From Promethearchaeia archaeon (GTDB taxonomy: Archaea; Asgardarchaeota; Lokiarchaeia; Sigyniarchaeales; SOKP01): a stretch of DNA of 11,273 nt. Where the stretch lies: positions 1-11,273 of the forward strand of contig JAHQWH010000005.1 in the NCBI GenBank assembly GCA_029856105.1, in the 5' to 3' direction. Shown in pieces: positions 1-6,656 of this stretch. Under the pieces are notes generated by a model. That model worked only from the letters and a program-made list of their open reading frames with translations. It had not been told where the DNA came from and searched no databases. Position numbers and translations under genes: made by a program. Numbering within the stretch: the first letter of the stretch is position 1; every line of letters begins with the position of its first letter.

Positions 1-186
1 ATAAGCCCAATAATGTATCCCATTTGTTGGGCTAACCCCACCCATGAAAAGCGAGGCACAATTAATAACCTTTCAACCTTGTTGGAGATGTTCGTTAACA
101 AGTTTCTCAAATTTAGATGGTTGAAAATCTTTTTTGGCTTTTCTAAGTGGTATTATGTGAGTTAAAACTTTAAATTGTTGTAACAT
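1..186 (-). pseudogene. Small protein with one in-frame TGA (possibly DUF4177/DUF1737-like); runs off the left edge
   Basis: Hand translation from ATG at 186-184: MLQQFKVLTHIIPLRKAKKDFQPSKFEKLVNEHLQQG*KVINCASLFMGGVSPTNGIHYWAY. TGA is codon 38 (75-73). AAGGTTTGAG lies just upstream of the ATG. The pattern FEKLVNEHLxxG[W]KVI resembles the 'GW' motif of DUF4177/DUF1737-type proteins (recalled, not searched). The diverged copy at 1480-1512 has TGG at this codon. Confidence 0.6.
61..93. repeat. Imperfect direct repeat, copy A (partly palindromic)
   Basis: attaataacctttcaaccttgttggagatgttc matches 1480-1512 at 27 of 33 positions without gaps. Confidence 0.8.
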
Positions 187-439
187 TTTTCTCAAACCTT
201 AATTAAATTTTGGTTTAGTATAAATCATTGATCTTTGGAGTTTATAGAAAATAATAAAAATTTTATCTATTTAAATTCATTACAATAAGAATCGACATTT
301 TTGGGGAAAAGCTAAAGATTATAACCACTCTACTAAATAACAAAATTCAAAGTTGGTTCAAAAATTTAAAAAATATAGATTTTTAAATATATAGAGTTAA
401 TTTTATTTAGTTGAAATCGAAAATATTTTAAAAATTACA

Positions 440-1195
440 ATGGCAGATTATGATCCACTTTTCTATGAAAAGTTATTTAGTTTCATCAAGTATTTAGATA
501 GCTTTCGTTTGGGAAGTTTAATAGAAATAATTACATATCTACTTGTAGCACTGTTAATTTACCATGGATATAAAAAATATGGAAGGAAAAAAATATCACT
601 TTTCTTCTTAGGTGGTTTTCTTTTAACGGGGGTGGAAGAAAATTTTATGGTCATTCAAGGTTATTTCTACCTCTTCGGTGGTCCTACATATTATTACAAT
701 TTTCATTCCTATATGTTCTGGATTGGAGCTATTCCCTTTGTAGTTATGTGTGCGTGGTTCATATTGACATATAGTTCGTTTCAAATAGCTGAAATAGTCG
801 TTTCAAATGAATCAAATAAAGCTCTTTTAAAGAAATTAATATTGGCGGGCTGGATGGGCACCTCCATAGACTTCGTAATCGATCCAATCGTTATTAGAAG
901 ATACGCCTGGATTTGGCTAAATGTGAAAGGAGATGCTGTTTGGTTTCTCCAAGTACCTGTAACCAATTTCATTGGGTTTTTCTTACTTGTTGTTTCATTT
1001 AATTATTATTTTATATGGTATTGGGAAAAATATACCCCCCGACATGATAAATGGTCATCAATAAAGACAAATGGGGTATATTTTATATTAGTTTTCTTGC
1101 CACTATTATTTGTGATTGGGATCATCATAATTTGTGCTATTGTATTTACACCATTGAAAGGAATCGATTTCTCATGGTGGCCGTGGTTGAATTAG
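440..1195 (+). CDS. CruF/DUF422 (carotenoid biosynthesis, isoprenoid 1,2-hydratase) family integral membrane protein
   Basis: 251 aa, about 7 hydrophobic segments. Family-like motifs: TGVEE..V..G..FGGPTYYY, IGAIPFVVMCAW, IDFVIDPIV, AWIW, QVPVTNFIGF. Confidence 0.75.
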   Translation: MADYDPLFYEKLFSFIKYLDSFRLGSLIEIITYLLVALLIYHGYKKYGRKKISLFFLGGFLLTGVEENFMVIQGYFYLFGGPTYYYNFHSYMFWIGAIPFVVMCAWFILTYSSFQIAEIVVSNESNKALLKKLILAGWMGTSIDFVIDPIVIRRYAWIWLNVKGDAVWFLQVPVTNFIGFFLLVVSFNYYFIWYWEKYTPRHDKWSSIKTNGVYFILVFLPLLFVIGIIIICAIVFTPLKGIDFSWWPWLN

Positions 1196-1199
1196 GTAT

Positions 1200-1204
1200 G
1201 GAGG
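1200..1204 (+). promoter_or_regulatory. Shine-Dalgarno site for 1213 ORF
   Basis: GGAGG, 8 nt upstream of the ATG at 1213. Confidence 0.65.
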
Positions 1205-1212
1205 GATAAACT

Positions 1213-1455
1213 ATGAAAAAATTAGAAAAAAATATAAAATTTCTACCATTTGTTGGGTATCTGGGCTTTTTTTTAATGCAAGTAATAATTGGGCTCCTAT
1301 TAGTTTCAGGATGGCTACCTTCTAATCCTATTGGGCTTACAGATCCACCAGTATATCAACCATTGACTTACTTAGACTTATTAATATTGTTAACCCTGAA
1401 TATTCCTACTTTTATAATAATTGCTATTGCTTTCAAGAAAATAAGAGATAAATAA
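1213..1455 (+). CDS. Small two-TM hypothetical membrane protein
   Basis: 80 aa, two hydrophobic helices separated by a Pro-rich loop, basic termini, good SD. Starts 17 nt after the CruF-like stop, so probably co-transcribed. Confidence 0.75.
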   Translation: MKKLEKNIKFLPFVGYLGFFLMQVIIGLLLVSGWLPSNPIGLTDPPVYQPLTYLDLLILLTLNIPTFIIIAIAFKKIRDK

Positions 1456-1479
1456 GTATAATTTCCAAATTTTTTATTG

Positions 1480-1512
1480 ATTAACAACCTTCCAACTATA
1501 TTGGAGATGATC
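1480..1512. repeat. Imperfect direct repeat, copy B (gene remnant or hairpin between convergent genes)
   Basis: attaacaaccttccaactatattggagatgatc. Minus strand reads DHLQYSWKVVN versus EHLQQG*KVIN in copy A. Contains the inverted repeat TCCAA-ctata-TTGGA. Confidence 0.8.
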
Positions 1513-1533
1513 AATTAAAAATCAACTCTATTT

Positions 1534-2304
1534 TCATTTAAATCCTTGACAGAAAGAATTCACATTTTTAGGTAATACATCGTGATTATAGCCACCTTCT
1601 AATAGCGCATATCTCCGCCCTTCGCATAGCTTTTCAGAATATGTTTTCATTAATTGCCCTAACTCTAGATAATCTTCGGGATACAAAAGATGCCCCCAGT
1701 CATCAATTCCTTGATCGAACCCCGCTGAAGCCACAAAAATATCAATATTTTCTAATTCTTCCATGTAGTTCTGAACTTCTTTAAGATAATTCGTTCTTCC
1801 ACTCGAATCAGGGTTAAGGATTTTAACTCGAAAGTCATCGTCTCTAAAGGTTAAAATATTGATATTACCATCACCAGTGTGTAAATCGAAATCGAGCACA
1901 AACGCTGATTTAATTTTTCCCTCAGAAAGCAATTTTAATAGACTTATACTAATGTTATTGAAGTAGCAAAAACCCCAACACGAATCAGCAGACGCGTGAT
2001 GTCCTGGAGGTCTAATAACCGCAAAAGTAGGATTACCCTTAAAAGATTCTTCTGCGGCTAATATCGCTCCTCCAGCAGCAAGTGAAGCAAGTTCGAATAG
2101 CAATACATCGCGTTTAACATAGTTGTAATGTCTTTCAGAATGTGCTCTTAAAATATCATCCTTCGATGCGGGTTTTGGTGCTATAAATTCATATTCTTTA
2201 TTGCTTGACAATAAATCTATTATTCCTTCTAAGCGCCCTGGTGAAGCAGCTGGGTCCATTGCGTAACTTTCATTATAATACTTCTCGTGGAATACAATCT
2301 TCAT
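1534..2304 (-). CDS. Histone deacetylase superfamily (Zn-dependent deacetylase, AcuC/AphA-like), compact form
   Basis: Motifs RPPGHHA, GFCYFNN, DFDLHTGDG, SAGFD, LEGGY. ATG at 2304 (MKIVFH) is preferred over the TTG at 2316. Confidence 0.92.
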   Translation of the reverse strand: MKIVFHEKYYNESYAMDPAASPGRLEGIIDLLSSNKEYEFIAPKPASKDDILRAHSERHYNYVKRDVLLFELASLAAGGAILAAEESFKGNPTFAVIRPPGHHASADSCWGFCYFNNISISLLKLLSEGKIKSAFVLDFDLHTGDGNINILTFRDDDFRVKILNPDSSGRTNYLKEVQNYMEELENIDIFVASAGFDQGIDDWGHLLYPEDYLELGQLMKTYSEKLCEGRRYALLEGGYNHDVLPKNVNSFCQGFK

Positions 2305-2356
2305 TTTTTTTTTCAATCTTAATTTTAAAACGAATTATAATTGAGATATAATTACA

Positions 2357-2364
2357 TTTATAAA
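2357..2364. promoter_or_regulatory. Candidate TATA box between the divergent HDAC and Fe-S genes
   Basis: Palindromic TTTATAAA in the middle of a 129-bp divergent spacer. The AT-rich background weakens the call. Confidence 0.35.
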
Positions 2365-2433
2365 AACAAGTAATGATATAATATTATTTTAATTATTATC
2401 TCAAATTTGAAATGTATAAAGGAAGTTATATAA

Positions 2434-3534
2434 ATGACGGAAGAAAAACAAGATCTTTATCGAAATTTACAGATTCATTTAGACCAATTTCCAATAGGGT
2501 TTCCTGCCACAAAATCAGGTGTAGAATTAAGAATCTTGAAATATCTCTTTAATGATGAAGAAGCATTAGTTGGAACAAAATTAGATTGGACATATGCCAC
2601 TTTGGAGCAAATCTATGAGAGATTAAATAAGAATAAGATGTCGATAGCTGAGCTAGAGAAAACGCTTGATAGTATGGTCAAAAAAGGCACACTTAATTTT
2701 AAAACAGAGAAAGAGACGAAATTCTATGCTAACATCCCTTTTGTTGTAGGGATATTCGAGTATCAAGTTAATAAACTAACTAAAAATTTCATAGAAGATT
2801 TTTCGGAATACCTAACATCTGTTTTTGGAGTCGAATTATTGGGGACAAAAATATCGCAATTTCGTACAATACCAATTGAAGAAAGTATTACCCCTGAAAA
2901 TCATGTAGCTAATTACGATGAATTAAAAATCGTAATTGAAAATGCTGTAGAGCCTATCGGTGTAGCAAATTGTGTCTGTCGACAAAGCAAAGATCTAATC
3001 GGTGACCCTTGTAAACAAACGGATATGCGCGAAACTTGTTTATATTTTGGAACTGTTGGGCAATTATTTCTTAGTCAAGGATGGGCGCGCCCTATTAATA
3101 AAAAAGAAGCTCTTGAAATCTTAAGAAAAGCTGAGGATAATGGATTGGTTATGCAAGCGGGAAATACAGAGCAACCAGAATTTATGTGCGCTTGTTGTAG
3201 TTGTTGTTGCGAAATCTTAACCAAAATTAATCTAGTCCCTCGACCTTCTCGAATAATATCGGGAAATTTTTATGCAAAAGTAAATCCTGATTTATGTACG
3301 GGTTGCGGTACTTGTATAGAGCGATGTCCAATCAATGCGTTTAAAATTACTGATAGTATATCAAAAGTTATTCTTAAACGATGCATTGGTTGTGGAGTCT
3401 GTGTTCCAACCTGTCCCGAGGAGGCTATTCAACTCAAGAAAAAAGATACTGAAGCTATTCCACCTAAAACTAAGGAAGACCTTTACGCTATGATCATGAA
3501 TAAGAAAAAAGAATTAAGAAAAAAAAAAAAATAA
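2434..3534 (+). CDS. Cys-rich 4Fe-4S dicluster (ferredoxin) domain protein of unknown function
   Basis: C-terminal CTGCGTCIERCP and CIGCGVCVPTCP. Central CVCR..C..C and CACCSCCC. N-terminal helical/wHTH-like region (LEKTLDSMVKKG, PFVVGIFEYQ). Confidence 0.88.
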   Translation: MTEEKQDLYRNLQIHLDQFPIGFPATKSGVELRILKYLFNDEEALVGTKLDWTYATLEQIYERLNKNKMSIAELEKTLDSMVKKGTLNFKTEKETKFYANIPFVVGIFEYQVNKLTKNFIEDFSEYLTSVFGVELLGTKISQFRTIPIEESITPENHVANYDELKIVIENAVEPIGVANCVCRQSKDLIGDPCKQTDMRETCLYFGTVGQLFLSQGWARPINKKEALEILRKAEDNGLVMQAGNTEQPEFMCACCSCCCEILTKINLVPRPSRIISGNFYAKVNPDLCTGCGTCIERCPINAFKITDSISKVILKRCIGCGVCVPTCPEEAIQLKKKDTEAIPPKTKEDLYAMIMNKKKELRKKKK

Positions 3535-3540
3535 AAATAA
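3519..3540 (-). terminator. Oligo-T terminator for tdh, overlapping the 3' end of the convergent Fe-S gene
   Basis: A13 run at 3519-3531 plus AAAAA on +, giving T tracts on the minus strand about 20-40 nt downstream of the tdh stop (3558). Confidence 0.55.
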
Positions 3541-3557
3541 GAAGCTCTATTTAAGAA

Positions 3558-4505
3558 TTATAATCTTTTCCTGAGTATTTTTATCATATCCTTTGTCATT
3601 GCTTCAAGATCGTACTCGGGGTTCCAGCCCCACTCTTCTCGAGCAAGAGAATCGTCAATTGTTTTAGGCCAAGAATCGGCTATTGCTTGCCTAAAGTCTG
3701 GTTTATAATCAATTTCAAATTCGGGAATATGTTTCTTGATTTCTGCTGCGATCTCACCGGCTGAAAAACTTATTCCAGTTAAATTGTAAACGCGGCGTTT
3801 TAATTTTGAATTATCTGCTTCGAGAAGATCTATCATACACTTGTTACAATCTGACATGTATAGCATGGGCAATACGGTATCTTCTTTTAGAAAACATGTA
3901 TATTTTTTGTTTTTGATAGCCTCGTAGAAAATCTCCACAGCGTAATCCGTGGTTCCACCTCCAGGTAAGGTTTCACTACTAATAATTCCCGGCAATCTAA
4001 TGGATCTTATATCGAGATTGTATTTATTGTAATAATATTCGGCTAAGAGTTCCCCCGCTACTTTGGTTATACCATACATCGTAGTCGGTTGCAGAACCGT
4101 AATATTGGGCGTATTCTCTCTGGGTGTTGTAGGTCCAAAAGCAGCTATTGAGCTAGGCCAAATAACTCTATCAATTTTGTAACTTCTCGCAACTTCTAGA
4201 ACATTAATTAAACCGTTTAGATTTATATCCCAAGCTGTTTGAGGTATTTTCTCTCCGGTGGCTGATAAAATTGACGCCATGTGAAAGATCGTATCAATTT
4301 CATACTCAAAAATAACTTTGGCAATAGAATTCTTGTCTAAAGCATCTAAATAGATGACGGGGCCAGAATTTTTGATGGCATCAGGAAGTGGAGTTCTCCT
4401 ACCAGTAGCAATTACGTTTTTCCCACCGTACTCTTTCCTTAACGCCGGTACAAGCTCGGATCCTATCTGTCCGGCCGAGCCTATTACTAGTATTTTTCTA
4501 CTCAT
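3558..4505 (-). CDS. tdh: L-threonine 3-dehydrogenase, extended-SDR (GalE-like) type
   Basis: GSAGQIG NAD-binding motif, PSSIAAFG, YGITK catalytic motif, and signatures PGGGTTDYA, LPMLY and RQAIADSWP. Adjacent to kbl. Start is ATG 4505 or 4511; the TTG at 4514 is less likely. Confidence 0.9.
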   Translation of the reverse strand: MSRKILVIGSAGQIGSELVPALRKEYGGKNVIATGRRTPLPDAIKNSGPVIYLDALDKNSIAKVIFEYEIDTIFHMASILSATGEKIPQTAWDINLNGLINVLEVARSYKIDRVIWPSSIAAFGPTTPRENTPNITVLQPTTMYGITKVAGELLAEYYYNKYNLDIRSIRLPGIISSETLPGGGTTDYAVEIFYEAIKNKKYTCFLKEDTVLPMLYMSDCNKCMIDLLEADNSKLKRRVYNLTGISFSAGEIAAEIKKHIPEFEIDYKPDFRQAIADSWPKTIDDSLAREEWGWNPEYDLEAMTKDMIKILRKRL

Positions 4506-4687
4506 ATTCATCAATTTTAAAGTTCATAATCCAGAGTAAATATAATGACATTCATAATTCACTTAATTAAAAAAGGTTTATCCATTTTTTTCTAAATTTT
4601 AAGGCTTATTTTTTTATAGGAAAAACTAATATAGGTTTCTATATACACTTAATTTATTAAAAAACTCACATGTTTCAAAAAAATTTA

Positions 4688-4694
4688 AGGTGAT
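4688..4694 (+). promoter_or_regulatory. Shine-Dalgarno site for kbl
   Basis: AGGTGAT, 8 nt upstream of the ATG at 4703. Confidence 0.7.
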
Positions 4695-4702
4695 AAGATT
4701 AT

Positions 4703-5890
4703 ATGAATAGAGATCCTGTAGCTTTTCTTAAGGAGGACATGACCGAATTGAGAAGAAGCAATCTAGAATGGATTATTCGATATTTAGAGGAGGGTTCTAA
4801 GCCACATTGCATTGTAAATGGAAAAGAAGTTTTGATGCTAAATACAAACAATTATCTGGGGTTAGCTACACATCCAAAAGTTGTTCAGGCGTCAATTGAC
4901 GCTACTAAAAAGTATGGGGCGGGGGCAGGAGCAGTTCCAGTAATTGCAGGTAGTTTTGATTTAACCCGGGAATTTCAAGAAAAATTTGCTAAATATAAAG
5001 AAGTGGAAGCGTCTCTTTTATGTCAGACGGGATTTGCAGTTAACTCGGGATTAATTCCTATGTTGGTTGGAAAGCCCGATATAGTAGTCTCAGATGAATT
5101 AAATCATGGTTCTATTATTGATGGCGTTAGATTGTCTGGTGCGAAGCGGGTGATTTATAAGCATAGGGATATTTCAGATTTGGAAAAACAATTAAAAGAA
5201 GCTGAAAAAGGAGGAGCTAGAAGAATCTGTATAATAACTGACGGCGTATTTAGCATGGATGGAGATATGGCCCCATTAGATAAGATTGTAGATGTAGCGG
5301 AAGATTTCGGAGCTATGATATTCGTAGATGATTGCCACGGTGAAGGCGTTCTTGGAGACGGCAAAGGCATAGTTGCACACTTCAATTTGCAAGGAAAAGT
5401 TCACGTGGAAGGGGGCTCAATGAGCAAAGGTTTCGGAGTGTTTGGCGGTACCGTCGCGGGTTCTAAAGACTTAATTGAATTCTGTAAAAACAAAAGTAGA
5501 ACATATTTGTTAAGCACGGCGCATCCTCCTGGAGTCGTAGCAGCTAACATCGCTTCGATAGAAGTTGTAGAAAACGAACCTCAACACGTTAAAGCAGTCT
5601 GGGAACATACTAACTATTTCAAGAAAGAAGTTCAAAGTATGGGATACGACACTGGAAGATCAGAAACTCCAATCATTCCTTTGATTATCGGCGATCCTGG
5701 TAAAGCTCAAGAACTCGCAAGAATCTTGTTCGAAGAAGAGAATATCTATGGAACTCCGATTGTTTTCCCAATGGTCGCTCGAGAACTCTCAAGAATAAGA
5801 GTGCAAATGAACGCTTTACTTACTAAAGATGACTTGAACACAGCTTTAAGTTCAATCGAAAAAGTTGGTAAGAAGTTAGATATTATTTAA
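4703..5890 (+). CDS. kbl: 2-amino-3-ketobutyrate CoA ligase (glycine C-acetyltransferase), alpha-oxoamine synthase family, PLP-dependent
   Basis: NNYLGL, SDELNHGSIIDG, DGVFSMDG, DDCHGEG, GSMSK (PLP lysine), RIRVQM. The specific kbl call rests on adjacency to tdh. Confidence 0.85.
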   Translation: MNRDPVAFLKEDMTELRRSNLEWIIRYLEEGSKPHCIVNGKEVLMLNTNNYLGLATHPKVVQASIDATKKYGAGAGAVPVIAGSFDLTREFQEKFAKYKEVEASLLCQTGFAVNSGLIPMLVGKPDIVVSDELNHGSIIDGVRLSGAKRVIYKHRDISDLEKQLKEAEKGGARRICIITDGVFSMDGDMAPLDKIVDVAEDFGAMIFVDDCHGEGVLGDGKGIVAHFNLQGKVHVEGGSMSKGFGVFGGTVAGSKDLIEFCKNKSRTYLLSTAHPPGVVAANIASIEVVENEPQHVKAVWEHTNYFKKEVQSMGYDTGRSETPIIPLIIGDPGKAQELARILFEEENIYGTPIVFPMVARELSRIRVQMNALLTKDDLNTALSSIEKVGKKLDII

Positions 5891-5922
5891 TTTTTCTTTA
5901 TTTTTTTGTTATGTTTTTGTTT
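5891..5922 (+). terminator. T-rich archaeal-type terminator after kbl
   Basis: tttttctttatttttttgttatgtttttgttt immediately follows the stop codon. Confidence 0.6.
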
Positions 5923-6031
5923 CCTGTAAATTAATTCAACTGATTTCTACTTAATTTTAACTTTCTAATTAAAATTACTGTAAAGATTCCAATTACACTT
6001 AAAATTAAAAACAAATCGTATCCAAGTATTC

Positions 6032-6051
6032 TTTCGACAAAAAAGTCGAAA
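6032..6051. promoter_or_regulatory. Candidate transcription-factor operator
   Basis: Perfect inverted repeat TTTCGAC-AAAAAA-GTCGAAA, 10 nt upstream of TATA-like TTTTTAAAA (6062-6070). Confidence 0.5.
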
Positions 6052-6153
6052 ATAGCAAATCTTTTTAAAACATTTCCGCTTATTTAAGTTTGATTTTATT
6101 TTTTCAGAATAAGGAATTCAATGAAATATAAAACTAAATAAGAGGTTAAAAGA

Positions 6154-6564
6154 ATGACCGAAATTAAAAAAATTACAAAAATTTCAATTTTGGCATACGC
6201 TATCGTTTGTTTATCTTTTGCGGTTTTACTCATATTTTTTCTGGATTTTTGGATAGTTATGGTTAATATGCCTACTTATTTAAATCCATTTCATCCAAGA
6301 GGGTTTGGTGGAGCATTATTAGTAGTGGTACTTTTCGCATTATTAGTATTATTCAACAAGGATTGGGATTGGGAAAAGATAAAAGTGGCATACATGGTTT
6401 TGTATTCTTGGTTACCAATTAACATATTTTTAGAAGTTTCATTGACTGCTATATACTTTCCAACACTCTCTAATGAATTTTTATCTCAGTTAGTCATGGA
6501 TGTAATCCTAATGAGTTCACTTTTGGTACTTGGTATTTACAGTTATATGAAACAGAGAGGATAA
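6154..6564 (+). CDS. Four-TM hypothetical membrane protein
   Basis: 136 aa, four hydrophobic segments, SD GAGGT at 6142-6146, followed by T tracts. Confidence 0.85.
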   Translation: MTEIKKITKISILAYAIVCLSFAVLLIFFLDFWIVMVNMPTYLNPFHPRGFGGALLVVVLFALLVLFNKDWDWEKIKVAYMVLYSWLPINIFLEVSLTAIYFPTLSNEFLSQLVMDVILMSSLLVLGIYSYMKQRG

Positions 6565-6593
6565 CCGCAATAATTAAAAATATTATTAATTAA

Positions 6594-6612
6594 TTTTTTA
6601 ATCTTTTTTTTT
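6594..6612 (+). terminator. Oligo-T terminator after the 6154 gene
   Basis: T6 and T9 tracts 30-48 nt after the stop. Confidence 0.5.
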
Positions 6613-6656
6613 AATCAAAGCATTAACTATTAAGTCGAAGGAATATAAATTTAAAA

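Noticed and set aside
781-972. 63-aa minus ORF
   Set aside because: Antisense shadow inside the CruF-like gene.
61-1512. Repeat pair as a diversity-generating retroelement TR/VR
   Set aside because: Only 33 bp; two of six mismatches are at non-adenine positions of the putative template; no reverse transcriptase in the window.
61-1512. Repeat pair as CRISPR repeats or IS ends
   Set aside because: Only two diverged copies 1.4 kb apart in direct orientation; no spacers, cas genes or transposase.
4354-4539. 61-aa plus ORF
   Set aside because: Antisense shadow of tdh.
5155-5385. 76-aa minus ORF
   Set aside because: Antisense shadow of kbl.
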